Source: a virus. Taken from it: a stretch of 64,000 nt of DNA. Within the stretch, counting starts at the first letter, position 1. The number at the start of each line of letters is the position of its first letter. The notes below the pieces were generated by a model, which was not told the DNA's origin, searched no databases, and saw nothing but the letters and a program-made list of their open reading frames with translations. This document shows, piece by piece, positions 45,043 to 55,278 of this stretch. The position numbers and the translations under genes were made by a program. Where the stretch lies: the IMG/VR virus record IMGVR_UViG_3300042821_000035; one strand, 5' to 3'.

Positions 45043-46605
45043 TTATCTGAATGGGTTGAAGAACCCGCCGGGCTCGAACAGTCCGAACTTTTTATTCGGA
45101 TCGTAATAGCCGGGCGCATTTGGATCGGTTGACTGCGCCTTGACGTAGCCGGGCGCGCCCGGATGGGTGGACTGCGGCTTGACCTCGATCTCCTGCCCGG
45201 TATGCAGATCAACCGTCGGGTCGTAATCGCCCATCGGATTGCCCGTCGGCGCAGGCGGTTCGACGTAGCCGGGTTTGGTGGGATCGGTCGATTGCTTCTC
45301 GACCGGCGGCGGCTTCTTCTTCTTCGGCTTCGTCTTCCACTTGTAACCGGTGACGATGGGCTCGGGGTACTGCACGTTGGCCCGCGTGGTGTAGCCGCCG
45401 CCCCGCGTGTAATTGTGCTCGGCCTCGGTGCAAAGATAGGTGCCATCAACACCGGGACGCGCGCCGGTGATCGCGATCTGGCAGCCGCCGTAGCACAGCG
45501 GCTCGCCGTTCAGAAGTATCCAGCCCTTGCCGCGCTTGCTCTTGGAGTCCTCTGCGCCGCCTTTGTTGCCTTGCTCGGCCTCGCCCTTGGTGGCGACCTG
45601 CGCGATGTTGTGCATGACGGCGTCCGAGCCACCGAACGGCGTGTCACCACCGATGGCCGACTTGATGGTCTCGTGCGCCGCGTTGTGGATGTTGAAGATG
45701 CGTGCCGCTGTTTCGCCGAACTGCGGGCGCCCGGCATACGGCTTGATGCGCCAGCCGATCAGGTTGACGCCCCACACCGCGTCGATCTGGGCCAGCTTCT
45801 TACCCAGTGAGTTCACGCCACCCTTGGCCGGGATCATCATCGCGGTGCCGTTGGCAATCTTGAACAGCATGCCGTTGCTGCGCGCCATGCGCTGCGCAAA
45901 GTTCATTGGGCTGTCGTTGACGTGCCAGTAGTCCCGCGCGATGTTCTCCAGCCCCGGCGCCATCTGCACATTGAGACCGGCCTTGCTGAACATGTCGGTG
46001 AGCACGGTCTTCAGTGGAATCTGGCCGCCACCGCCGCCACCTGCACCACCTGCACCACCTGCACCGCCACCTCCACCGGCGCCGCCTTCGCCTCCGCTGC
46101 TGTCATCCTTGGAGCCCTCACCCCAGTGGTGCTTCTGCAGGCCCTTGACCTGACCTTTGACATCGCCCGAGGTCGCCTCGATCCATAGCCTGCGGCCGCC
46201 GCCCTTGCGGCCGAAGCCGCTCTCGACGTTCGACACCACGCCGTTGAATACTTCTGCCATGCCCGGCCCGCCAAACGGCATCTCCTGCGCACCGTACTGC
46301 AGCGCGGTCTTCTGCGATTCCAGCGTCGTGATGCTGGTGAAGCCCTCGCTGTAGCGGCCTTCATTGATCGGGCGCGGGCCGGTGTTGGCCCAGCCGAGCA
46401 GCACCTGCAGGGTGACACCATCCGGTGGTATCTGCAGCACGCCGTAGGAGTCGTCGAGTTCTATGTTGGCGGTGTCGTGACCTCTCTGAAACGAATCCAC
46501 CACCTGTATCGAGATCAAATACGGATCGAGTTTCGAGGAGATATCCCTGCCGTCAACGATCACCATGTACTCAGCGTGACGGCGAGGGCCTTGATGCTCA
46601 GCCAT
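45043..46605 (-). CDS. Baseplate hub, P2 gpD-like
   Basis: Follows gpU/gpX; DTANIELDD, DSPMNFAQRMA, GTYLCTEAEHNYTRGGGYTT. Confidence 0.85.
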   Translation of the reverse strand: MAEHQGPRRHAEYMVIVDGRDISSKLDPYLISIQVVDSFQRGHDTANIELDDSYGVLQIPPDGVTLQVLLGWANTGPRPINEGRYSEGFTSITTLESQKTALQYGAQEMPFGGPGMAEVFNGVVSNVESGFGRKGGGRRLWIEATSGDVKGQVKGLQKHHWGEGSKDDSSGGEGGAGGGGGAGGAGGAGGGGGGQIPLKTVLTDMFSKAGLNVQMAPGLENIARDYWHVNDSPMNFAQRMARSNGMLFKIANGTAMMIPAKGGVNSLGKKLAQIDAVWGVNLIGWRIKPYAGRPQFGETAARIFNIHNAAHETIKSAIGGDTPFGGSDAVMHNIAQVATKGEAEQGNKGGAEDSKSKRGKGWILLNGEPLCYGGCQIAITGARPGVDGTYLCTEAEHNYTRGGGYTTRANVQYPEPIVTGYKWKTKPKKKKPPPVEKQSTDPTKPGYVEPPAPTGNPMGDYDPTVDLHTGQEIEVKPQSTHPGAPGYVKAQSTDPNAPGYYDPNKKFGLFEPGGFFNPFR

Positions 46606-46608
46606 GGC

Positions 46609-46893
46609 TCACGTCCCTTGCGTCATGTTGCCCTCCGGAGTGGTGCCCCACAGCACGACCTGATTGGTTTGCTGTGGCGCTCCAGCGAGGATCGAGTAGT
46701 CAATCGGGATGCGCACCTGCGTGCCGACTGGCAGGAACGGCGAGTAGCGATGCGCCTTGGCCAGATGCGGATTGTCGTCGAGCAGCCGCTCGATCATGCC
46801 CGGCGCCCGGTTGCGGTAGCGTCGCCACAGGATGATATCGGCGGTGATGTAGTCGCTGCCGACAGTGACCAGATCGTAACTCGTCACGTTCAT
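46609..46893 (-). CDS. Tail protein X (P2 gpX-like)
   Basis: DIILWRRY...LLDDNPHLA...PVGTQVRIP. Confidence 0.88.
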   Translation of the reverse strand: MNVTSYDLVTVGSDYITADIILWRRYRNRAPGMIERLLDDNPHLAKAHRYSPFLPVGTQVRIPIDYSILAGAPQQTNQVVLWGTTPEGNMTQGT

Positions 46894-47459
46894 GCGAATT
46901 CCTTCGCTGGCTCGGGTTGGGTTTGGCCGGTGACATCTTGAAAATTCGAGGCGCCGTCATTGGGAATCGGGACGCGCTGAAACTGCGCTTCGAACTCGAT
47001 CTGCTGCCCGATGCCGTCAACGGCCAGCAACGAGTGGCCACGGTTCAGGGACTCGATGATGAACCAGCCGAAGTGCCAGCCGTCACCGCGAATGAGAATG
47101 TGCGCCTGACCGAGCCTGCGCATGTTGTCCAGCACGTCGAGGTGCATCAGGCCACCGGCCGAGGTCAGTTCACCGACCTGCTGGCGCAGCAATCCATTGC
47201 CGTCACGCGATGCAGCATCGCCGGTCATCGGCTCGTGGATGCCACGCTGGCGCGACTTGCGCGCGAAGTAATGCGGGAAGACCTTGCCCTTCAGCGTGAT
47301 CATCTCATCCGCTTCACCGACCCACTCACGATACATCGCGGCGCCAGCAATCTCTTTCTTTGCCCAGTCGGCGCTGGTGTGATGCGAGTAGTTATCGACG
47401 TTGAAAGGGAAGACCTGAAATTGCATCGGTCCCCATTGAAACAACACCCAGTTGGCCAT
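46890..47459 (-). CDS. Tail tube initiator, P2 gpU-like
   Basis: LFQWGPMQF...WAKKEIAG...ITLKGKVFP...GWFIIESL. Confidence 0.85.
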   Translation of the reverse strand: MANWVLFQWGPMQFQVFPFNVDNYSHHTSADWAKKEIAGAAMYREWVGEADEMITLKGKVFPHYFARKSRQRGIHEPMTGDAASRDGNGLLRQQVGELTSAGGLMHLDVLDNMRRLGQAHILIRGDGWHFGWFIIESLNRGHSLLAVDGIGQQIEFEAQFQRVPIPNDGASNFQDVTGQTQPEPAKEFA

Positions 47460-47668
47460 CAGTCCCATCCCTCCACAAGGCTGTCCCATTGCGCCGCTGG
47501 TCCGACAATCGGGTGCCATGGGCGAATGGTAGTAAGCCGATCACTGTCACCGCCACTCAGCGAGTGCTGCCTGATCCGCATGCACTCATCAAAGTCGCCG
47601 CGAAAGAATTCCTCGATCAGAAAGTTGCGTTCGTTTATCTCGATCCGGTAGGTGACCACCCAGTCCAC
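47459..47668 (-). CDS. Hypothetical protein between tape measure and gpU
   Basis: GTG start; stop coupled to gpU ATG. Confidence 0.5.
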   Translation of the reverse strand: MDWVVTYRIEINERNFLIEEFFRGDFDECMRIRQHSLSGGDSDRLTTIRPWHPIVGPAAQWDSLVEGWD

Positions 47669-47673
47669 AGCCG

Positions 47674-50600
47674 TCAGGCAGTGCCGATGTCGTGGTAGGT
47701 CGCGCCACGGGTACGGTCCATCGAGGCGTGCACCTGCCGGTCAATGGTGTTGCGTGCGAACTGCACCTGAGATGAGTTGACGTTGACGTTCATGTTGATG
47801 TCGCGGTTCTGCGACATGATTGCCCCAGAATCGACTGGCGCCCGCGTCGCAGGTGGCGCGTTATCTGTCGGCTGAACCGGGGGTGCCGCCGCTGGTGCTG
47901 GCGCAGCAGTCGCCGGTGCTCTGTTTCTGTTGCTTCTGGCTTCGCGCTCCGCTCTCATTTGCTCCGGTGTCAACCGCGTATCGAGACCGCGCTGCACCGC
48001 CGCTCTCTCTGCCGCCGTTCCGGCATAGGCACCAAGACCCTCACCGACAATCGCCTTATTTCCGGTGATACCCATGTGAATTTTATTGGGATCGTCCATG
48101 TAGCGCGCGCCGCTGCCGCCTGCGCCTCGTCGCGCTGCCTCCTCCAGCACCTTGAGACGGCGCGGGTCGCTTAGCGGCAGCACCTTGTTGGTCTTCGGGT
48201 CGATGACATCAACGTCGGCGGCGCGGCCCTTGTCGTGACGATGCGATCCAGTGTGACCGTGCGCGCCTTCCATGCGCTGACCGCCAGAGGTGACACGAAT
48301 CTTGACACCGGATGCTTCAGCAGCACCCTCCAGCGCATCTCTCAGTCGCGGATCGAGTTTGCCCCTTCGGATACCAGCCACACGCCCTTGCGCTTCCTCG
48401 ACGAGGTTGCCAACGGCGGGCGCCCCGGCTCCACCAGCGGCACCCGCCACGCCGGGCTCGATTGCGCCTGCACCACCGGGTGTCCTTAGCTCAGGCGGCA
48501 ACACCGGCGCCGAGGTGCCAGCTTGCGCCGGGACGCCGGGCGGCACCGGAATTCCGTCCGAACTCGGTGGCGGTGCGGTTGGCAACCCTCCGGCCGCCAC
48601 GCCAGCGGCCTGCCGGGTGCGGCCGAGCCGCCTGCTCATCTGCCCTTCGCCCTGATCGGCTGGTCGCTCGAAGTCCTTGGTGATCGTTCGCACCGCTTCG
48701 GCCCGCGTCGCCGGGTCCGCGCTCTTCAACGCCGCAGCCGTCCTCGGGAATTTGTAGCGCCCCTTGGAGTCCTTGCTCATCGCCTCCTTGATCATGTAGC
48801 GCGACTGACCGGCCAGCGAATTCCTGTCGTAGCCGTTTGCCTTCAACCACTCGTGCATCTTGGTCCGGCGGTCGAGGCGCGCGCCGTAGATGCCGTGACC
48901 GGTACCGCTGTCGTGTGACAGCGTCGGATTAAGCTCGCTCTCCGACAGGCCCTGACCGGCCATCAGGTTGGCAGCCTCTTCCGCGCGTGCCGGGTCGATG
49001 CCCTGCCGGATCGCCTCATCCTTCATCGCGGCCTTGGCCTGCGCGATGCGGCCCTGCGCGCTTCGTGGCGTCTGCGCACTCTGATCGCCAGTGACGGCGC
49101 CGCCGGTGGCGCCGGTGGTTGATGGATCGGTCGCTGGCGCCTCATCGGCACCAGCTGCCGGGACTGTACCGTCACCGCGTCGCGGAGCGGTGTAGCCCGG
49201 CTGTGGGCGCGTGCCGCCGCCGTAGCCGGTGCCGCCGGTGCCCGGCCCGGCCTGCTCCGGCGTGCCGCCACTGCCAACGCCTTGGCTCGGGCCGTAGCCG
49301 CCGGGACCGTAGCCGCCGACACCACCATGCGCGCCGGGCACATAGCTGGCGTTGAGATACTTGGCATCGGTCGAGGTGCCATAGACACCGGCGCCGGTGC
49401 CTGCGGTCATGTGCGCCGGAGCCAGCGCCGAGTGGCGGCCGCCGCCCCAATAACCGACGGGGCTGATCCCAGTAGCGGTGCCAAGCCCGCCAACGGACTC
49501 CTTGAACCCCCGGACACGTTCATCGTCGTCGGGCAACAGCGACGCGAAGTGCCGCAGCTTCTCGGCGGTGGTGTCGAACTCCTCGTTGAGGTAGTGCACC
49601 TTCTCGCCGAGTCCTTTGTACTGCCGCTCCTGCTGTGCTGGCGAAGCTGGCGATCCCTCCGGCGGCGTCGGTGCGGCTGGCGGCTCTCCGTCCTTGTCAT
49701 AGTCCTTGTTGTACAGCGGGCCCCACAAACCAAATGGACCCTGCAGGCCCTTGGTGATCCACTCGCCGAGCGGCTTGGCTATCGGTGGCAGCTTCTCGTA
49801 GAAGTGCTCTTGCTTCCGGTCCTCAAGCTCCTCCTCGGAGTATCGCGGATTCGGCTTCGGTCCGCCACGGAAGGCCCAATTCCACGCCTCGCGTATCTGC
49901 TTCAGTGACCGGCGCACGCTGTCCAGCTGCGTCGCGATGCTCTTGATGGCCGTGGTGGCGCCGAACTCGTCGAGCAATGCGCCGTACTCATCGCCAAGCT
50001 GACTCATGATCTCCATCAGCTTGTTGATCTCCTGCAGCGGGCCGGAGAGGACATCCTTGGCGACCTTCGCACCCTCGCTGCCCTTCTGCAATTCTCTCAG
50101 CATCTTGACGTTGTCGCCGACGATGGCCTTGTTGTCGTCAGCCAGAAGCCGCTTGATCGCCGCTCGCTGCTTGACCGACATATTGCCGAGCACCGCTTCC
50201 TGATCGGTGGCAGTGCGGATCAATTCAATCACGGTCGCTATCGGATTCTCGGTGCCCTTGATCGCCCTCATCATGCTTTCTTGCGAGGCGAATCCCAAGT
50301 CCTTGGCGCTGGCGCCCAAGTTCTGCATCAGTCGCTCGAACAGAGCAGCCGACTCGCCGGTGTCTCCGGTCGTCTTGTTGAGCGAAGCCATGATGGCCTC
50401 GATCTGAACCAGCGCTTCGGTGCCGCTGTAGCCAAGATCGGTCATGTAGGTGGTTAGCTCGGACATGTGCGGTCCGATCTTGTCAATGTCCACGCTGAGA
50501 TGTCGGGCACCGGCCGACATGATCTCCATGGCTTCGCCAGCTTGCTCCGGCGCAATTTCGAGATTGCGCAGCACGTCAGCAACCGACCGCGCCATGGCCT

Positions 50601-51462
50601 TCGGCGCGACGCCAGCGCCCTTGGCCATCAGCGCAATCTGCGGGAAGATTTTCTTGGCTTGGTCCATTGGTATCTGCGCGGTGTCGGCGAGCGTCTTGAA
50701 GGCGTCATATATTTCGGCGCTGCTCTCGGCGGTCTTGCGCGCGGTGTAACGGATGGTCTCCTCGTATTCCTTTGCTTCCTTTGTCGTGGCGCCCAGTGCA
50801 CCCTTCATCAGCCGCATCTTGTTGTCGAACTCGGCAAAGCCCATGAACGAATTCTTGGTGATATCAATCGCCTTGCTCACCGACATATAACCAATTGCCA
50901 TGCGGCCGAGCCCGGCGGCGACGCTTTGTATCGCCATGGCGTGCTTGCTCTGGCCTTGCGCGGCCACGTTACCCGCCGCCGCCGCCGCCTTGCCCTGTTC
51001 TGCTGCCGCGTTCTTGGTGTCAGTGTAATATTTTCTCAGGGTCTCATTGCTGGCGACGTATGTTTTGCTGGTCTTCTGCACCGTCTTCGCGGTCTCATCC
51101 ACCGCCTTGGACTTCACCTTCTCGGATTCAACGAACGTCTTACCGGCTTTGGCGGCCTCGATGTTTCGCCGGTTTAATTCCTGCGCGTATGCATTGCCCT
51201 TGCTGATATCATTCTGGATGATACCAGCCATCGCCTTCGAGGTTTCCTCAGCGTATTTTATCCGCTTCTGGCCAGCCTCCTTGAATAGTTCGCCCTGCCG
51301 GTGCGCCGCCGCCCTGACGGAGACCAGCGTCTTGGCTTCGGTCTCCTTGAACATCTCCTGAACTTCTTTGTTCAGGTTCTTGAATCCGGCCGTAGCGGAC
51401 TTGATCGCAGGAGCGGTGTCGTCCTTGCCTGTGATCCTGATTGTCGGGTCTTTGTCGGCCAT
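47674..51462 (-). CDS. Tape measure protein with C-terminal tail-lysozyme-like and M15 peptidase-like domains
   Basis: Ala-rich helical N-terminus; SESELNP...DSGTGHGIYG; TSGGQR...SHRHDKGRAAD...KIHM. Confidence 0.9.
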   Translation of the reverse strand: MADKDPTIRITGKDDTAPAIKSATAGFKNLNKEVQEMFKETEAKTLVSVRAAAHRQGELFKEAGQKRIKYAEETSKAMAGIIQNDISKGNAYAQELNRRNIEAAKAGKTFVESEKVKSKAVDETAKTVQKTSKTYVASNETLRKYYTDTKNAAAEQGKAAAAAGNVAAQGQSKHAMAIQSVAAGLGRMAIGYMSVSKAIDITKNSFMGFAEFDNKMRLMKGALGATTKEAKEYEETIRYTARKTAESSAEIYDAFKTLADTAQIPMDQAKKIFPQIALMAKGAGVAPKAMARSVADVLRNLEIAPEQAGEAMEIMSAGARHLSVDIDKIGPHMSELTTYMTDLGYSGTEALVQIEAIMASLNKTTGDTGESAALFERLMQNLGASAKDLGFASQESMMRAIKGTENPIATVIELIRTATDQEAVLGNMSVKQRAAIKRLLADDNKAIVGDNVKMLRELQKGSEGAKVAKDVLSGPLQEINKLMEIMSQLGDEYGALLDEFGATTAIKSIATQLDSVRRSLKQIREAWNWAFRGGPKPNPRYSEEELEDRKQEHFYEKLPPIAKPLGEWITKGLQGPFGLWGPLYNKDYDKDGEPPAAPTPPEGSPASPAQQERQYKGLGEKVHYLNEEFDTTAEKLRHFASLLPDDDERVRGFKESVGGLGTATGISPVGYWGGGRHSALAPAHMTAGTGAGVYGTSTDAKYLNASYVPGAHGGVGGYGPGGYGPSQGVGSGGTPEQAGPGTGGTGYGGGTRPQPGYTAPRRGDGTVPAAGADEAPATDPSTTGATGGAVTGDQSAQTPRSAQGRIAQAKAAMKDEAIRQGIDPARAEEAANLMAGQGLSESELNPTLSHDSGTGHGIYGARLDRRTKMHEWLKANGYDRNSLAGQSRYMIKEAMSKDSKGRYKFPRTAAALKSADPATRAEAVRTITKDFERPADQGEGQMSRRLGRTRQAAGVAAGGLPTAPPPSSDGIPVPPGVPAQAGTSAPVLPPELRTPGGAGAIEPGVAGAAGGAGAPAVGNLVEEAQGRVAGIRRGKLDPRLRDALEGAAEASGVKIRVTSGGQRMEGAHGHTGSHRHDKGRAADVDVIDPKTNKVLPLSDPRRLKVLEEAARRGAGGSGARYMDDPNKIHMGITGNKAIVGEGLGAYAGTAAERAAVQRGLDTRLTPEQMRAEREARSNRNRAPATAAPAPAAAPPVQPTDNAPPATRAPVDSGAIMSQNRDINMNVNVNSSQVQFARNTIDRQVHASMDRTRGATYHDIGTA

Positions 51463-51466
51463 TGCC

Positions 51467-51889
51467 TTACGGCTCCTCGGTCAGATCAAAACCGGGCTCC
51501 ATCTCCGGCGGGATCGGGACACCGGGCGCCGCCGTCACCGGCTCGCCGCTGCCGTTGGTCACGCGCGCGGGAGCGGGCTCGTCGGTCTCCTGCTTGATCG
51601 GTATCTCGCCATTGGCGATGTCGTTGCGCACCTCCGGCGTCAGCAGCGCGAAGAACGCTTCCATCACCCGGTCAGCATCGGGAAAGCGAAGCTCGCGCAG
51701 CACCGCCTCCTGCTCACCAGACAATTCCACCATCAAGTCGAACTGGCTTTGCCAGCGGCCCTGATTCCAAAGCAGCACGTGTCCGAGCTTGAAGGGCCCG
51801 AACACGATGCGCTCGATCTGCTTGCCGTTGAATTCAAACGGGGCGAACAGTTCAACAGTCCTGCCGCCCAGTTTGGTGCTGGTGATCAT
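51467..51889 (-). CDS. Tail assembly chaperone (gpE-like)
   Basis: Between tube and tape measure; ELFAPFEFNGKQIERI, ELRFPDADRV. Confidence 0.75.
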   Translation of the reverse strand: MITSTKLGGRTVELFAPFEFNGKQIERIVFGPFKLGHVLLWNQGRWQSQFDLMVELSGEQEAVLRELRFPDADRVMEAFFALLTPEVRNDIANGEIPIKQETDEPAPARVTNGSGEPVTAAPGVPIPPEMEPGFDLTEEP

Positions 51890-52050
51890 ACGTGAATCCA
51901 AACCGTGATAACGTTCTCGCCCTTCTCGACACGCTGATCGACGAACTCGACATCAGCCGCCTTGCGTCCGGCACCGTCGGTGTCGGACACTACCACTCGT
52001 TTATTGTCAGCGTGCCTTGACAGCAGGTCAATCAGTTCCTTGACCGTCAT
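51886..52050 (-). CDS. Small hypothetical protein (54 aa)
   Basis: Hand-translated MTVKELIDLLSRH...WIHV*; ATGA-coupled at both ends. Confidence 0.55.
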   Translation of the reverse strand: MTVKELIDLLSRHADNKRVVVSDTDGAGRKAADVEFVDQRVEKGENVITVWIHV

Positions 52051-52682
52051 CAGATGTTCTCAGCACCTTCGGCGATGCCAGCCTCGGCGATATCAGGCTG
52101 GGTGTCCACCGCGTTGCCCGGAATCGCCAGCAGCCGCACCATGTCGTCGTTGAGATCGACGCCGTCGATGCGCTTGATCGAGGTGAAGAAGTCCCAGCTG
52201 TAGATTTCACGCAGCAGCGGGTCTTCCGTCGTGCGCTGCATGAACAGTTGGTACGACACGATGCTCTTGATGGAGAACTCGTGGCTCATCATGTTGCCCT
52301 TCGAGAACGCTGTCGGGTTCACGCGCCCGATGCGGCCTTCCATGATCGCCACGCACTGCAGGGCGGCAGAGGAGCGGCGGTCGCGGATCAGACCATAGGC
52401 CGTGAAGCGCTGATGGAAGCGGGTCTCACGACCGAGGAAGACCATCACGTCCGGGTCCCAGCCAGCGAGATTGAACGTCGCTTCGAGCTTGTTGATGTGC
52501 GACGGAATCTCGATGCCAACGGCGGCGCCGCCGGGGGTGTGGTCAACGTAATTTTCCTCCAGTGTCGGCAGCTTCAGTTCCTGCAACACCAGATGGGTCG
52601 AGATACCGGGAGAGGTCTTTGCGGAGATGTCGCCGCAAATCAAGTTGGCGCTCTCCATCGTGTAAACAGTGTTAGATGCCAT
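52050..52682 (-). CDS. Contractile tail tube protein (P2 FII-like)
   Basis: ELKLPTLEE...TPGGA...KLEATF; follows the sheath. Confidence 0.88.
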   Translation of the reverse strand: MASNTVYTMESANLICGDISAKTSPGISTHLVLQELKLPTLEENYVDHTPGGAAVGIEIPSHINKLEATFNLAGWDPDVMVFLGRETRFHQRFTAYGLIRDRRSSAALQCVAIMEGRIGRVNPTAFSKGNMMSHEFSIKSIVSYQLFMQRTTEDPLLREIYSWDFFTSIKRIDGVDLNDDMVRLLAIPGNAVDTQPDIAEAGIAEGAENI

Positions 52683-52748
52683 GGTTCTATCCTTTCAGGC
52701 GTGAGCCGGTGACGGGCGGCGTCTCGCGCCGCCTCGTCGATGGAGGGG

Positions 52749-54512
52749 TTAGGACGACAGGTTGAGTTGGCTGGCGAGGTCAGACACCATCGCGTCAACG
52801 GCCTGACGGTAACGCGCTGACTCAATGGTCAGATGCTTGAGCACCGGCGGCTCTTCAGCGGCGAAGCCGACAGTCAGATGGCCCAACCTGATCTGCTCAG
52901 GCGAGTTGCCAGCGGTGCGGAAGTTGACCTTGTAGCCAAGGATGTGCTGGTCCGCGTGGAGGTCGCGCAGGAAGTAGTTCATGGTGTTGAGAATCGCCTG
53001 CACGGTGTGGCCGATGATGTTGTAGCGGCCGAGGAAGTAACGCAGTGCGCGCAGCATGCCGAGATGGATGTAGTCGCGGCCGCGCATCACGTTGTACATC
53101 TGCCACAACGGGTCTTCGCCAGCATTGTCGGTCGAGATCAGCACGAAGCCGCCCGAGGCAATCGCGAAGTCGTCGCCGATTTCGCCGCGCACCAGAACCC
53201 CGATGTTGGCGCCGAGAAGCTCCTGAGCTTCGTTCGCGGAGTCGGTGAGGTTGAACCCGATCTCCCGGTTGGGCGAGATGATGCCCTGCACCGCTTGGTT
53301 GGCCGCCGAGTGGAACGGCGCGCCGGTCTCGTGGTCACGACGCACCATGATGCCAGCCATGCGCGGAGACAGCGGACGGATGACGATGAACGAGGTCGCC
53401 GGGTCCATCACGCGGCAACCGCCGGAAAGCGGGATCAAGCGATGGCTCTGCATCGTCTCGCGCCAATCCAGATCGTTCTGCATCGAGGAGCCTGCCGACT
53501 CCACGATCATCTGACCCATCAGCTGATTGCAAATCGAGGTCGCGCTGGCGACCACCGGGTTGGCACCTGAGACCAGTTGACACTCGTACTCAGCGACTTC
53601 ACCGACGGTGTCCCACACCAGATCAAACGCGGCACCGGCGCCTGCGCCGGTCGAGGTGATCGGTTGAATAGGAACGTCGCTGGGCTCTTCGGTGCCGACA
53701 AGGAAGCCGGGCGATATCACCGAGACCGTCAGCACACCGCCGCCGATGGCGTCTACAGTTTCGACCTTGAGGATGACATCGTTGGGCAGCATCAGCTGCT
53801 CATCCTTCAGATAGCCGATGCCGCCGGTTGCGACCGTCGCTGTCTGAACGTCGCGGCCGGGCGGCGGCGCCTCGATGGTTGGCGGCGTCATATACCAAGC
53901 GCCGGGCATCTCCAGCGTGATCTGGCCAAGCGAGCCGTTGGAGAGACCGAAGGCATGGCCCACGGCCTGCACCACGTCCGGACCGCCACCGCTGAAGGTC
54001 ACCGGATAGAGGTGATCCATCACGTAGTTGGTGCCGGGTGCGGTGCGCTCGATCAGGCCGACGCCGTTGGCCATCTGCGAGGTGTAGCCCGGTGCGATCA
54101 GGATGCGCGGCGTAAAGCCGAGCTTGGGCGCCGCTTTTAGAAACGCCCACATCCCCGTGCCGTTGAGCGAGTCACCGGCGATGTTGGAGATGGTCTTCTG
54201 CAGCTTGACTGCCTGATCTGTATCGGTGCCCTCTGGAGTGCGGACGATGACGATGCGGGCGGCATACTGCGTGGCACCGAGTTGGTCATTGATGCCGCGC
54301 ACTGCGTCAGACAGGTAGCCCAACTCGCCGAGCTTCCTCGTCTTCTTGGTATCGTTGGAGTTGAGGAACACCGGCGTGTTGTAGGGGAAGAGCACGGCAT
54401 CAGCGAGCGGCGCCGGGCCGACGATGCCAATGGTGGAAAGATCGGCGGCCAATACCGGACGCGCGCCTTCATCGACTTGACGAATGCTAATGCCGAAGAC
54501 TGGATCAGACAT
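52749..54512 (-). CDS. Contractile tail sheath protein (P2 FI-like) with an internal insertion
   Basis: PRILIAPG, FHSAANQ, LWQMYNVMRGRD, EPPVLKHL. Confidence 0.92.
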   Translation of the reverse strand: MSDPVFGISIRQVDEGARPVLAADLSTIGIVGPAPLADAVLFPYNTPVFLNSNDTKKTRKLGELGYLSDAVRGINDQLGATQYAARIVIVRTPEGTDTDQAVKLQKTISNIAGDSLNGTGMWAFLKAAPKLGFTPRILIAPGYTSQMANGVGLIERTAPGTNYVMDHLYPVTFSGGGPDVVQAVGHAFGLSNGSLGQITLEMPGAWYMTPPTIEAPPPGRDVQTATVATGGIGYLKDEQLMLPNDVILKVETVDAIGGGVLTVSVISPGFLVGTEEPSDVPIQPITSTGAGAGAAFDLVWDTVGEVAEYECQLVSGANPVVASATSICNQLMGQMIVESAGSSMQNDLDWRETMQSHRLIPLSGGCRVMDPATSFIVIRPLSPRMAGIMVRRDHETGAPFHSAANQAVQGIISPNREIGFNLTDSANEAQELLGANIGVLVRGEIGDDFAIASGGFVLISTDNAGEDPLWQMYNVMRGRDYIHLGMLRALRYFLGRYNIIGHTVQAILNTMNYFLRDLHADQHILGYKVNFRTAGNSPEQIRLGHLTVGFAAEEPPVLKHLTIESARYRQAVDAMVSDLASQLNLSS

Positions 54513-54540
54513 GTGGTTGTCTCCTGTGGGGTTTGAGAAT

Positions 54541-54834
54541 TTAGAACGTGCTGGGCGGCGTCACGATTTCCAGCTGCTTGACTGTCAGCGCGTGCAATCG
54601 CACTGACAGCAGAAGCTCCGGCTCGGCGCCTGACACCGGAAGCGAGAAGATTCGAAGCTCACGAACGTAGTCGCCGAGTTGCGGGTCCTGAATGATCGGT
54701 GTCACCGACACCTGTCCGACCGGATTGCACACCAGCTTGGTCATGATCGTGGTCAGCGCGACCACCGGAGACACCGCATGCCCCGGTGGAATCTGCGTGA
54801 CCTGCCGCCCCTCGAAGAATGCTATGTCAGCCAT
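54541..54834 (-). CDS. Hypothetical tail-region protein (97 aa)
   Basis: GGAG RBS; in operon. Confidence 0.6.
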   Translation of the reverse strand: MADIAFFEGRQVTQIPPGHAVSPVVALTTIMTKLVCNPVGQVSVTPIIQDPQLGDYVRELRIFSLPVSGAEPELLLSVRLHALTVKQLEIVTPPSTF

Positions 54835-55277
54835 GGTTTTCGGCTCCTGTTGTTGGTTAGCTGGTCGAGTCTTGCCTGCAGCTTGTCGGCGTCCAGTCCA
54901 AGCTCCTCGATCAGCACCTGCATCATTGAGGGAGGCGGCGGCGGTCGCGGCAAAAACCTTTTCTCCTTGAGGTCGATCCGTAGCGTTCGCAGCGATTCGT
55001 GATCGGCAGGCGCGTCGATCACCTCGAACAGCCGCATGCCAGCGGTGGGAAACAGCATCGAGGGATCGTGCGTTGTGGTGGCAACCGACAGCCCACCGTC
55101 TTCGGTTGGGATTGCAACGACCAACAGCCCCTTGGCGTCGATCAACTGGCGCTGAAATATGTACCAGTCAGCGCCGTCCGAGACGCGCCGCGAGAAGATG
55201 ATGTTGTCCGGTAGCTTGACCGGATAATTCTCTGGCTTGTCGCAAGCGACCCACTCGCCATGGTCTATGATTTCCAT
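54822..55277 (-). CDS. Tail fibre assembly chaperone-like protein
   Basis: Directly after the fibre; FSRRVSDGADWY; start ATG 55277. Confidence 0.65.
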   Translation of the reverse strand: MEIIDHGEWVACDKPENYPVKLPDNIIFSRRVSDGADWYIFQRQLIDAKGLLVVAIPTEDGGLSVATTTHDPSMLFPTAGMRLFEVIDAPADHESLRTLRIDLKEKRFLPRPPPPPSMMQVLIEELGLDADKLQARLDQLTNNRSRKPWLT

Positions 55278-55278
55278 T

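Noticed and set aside
51462-51889. Programmed frameshift gpE/E' pair
   Set aside because: The chaperone stop is 4 nt from the tape-measure start, leaving no room for an E' ORF; no clear slippery site identified
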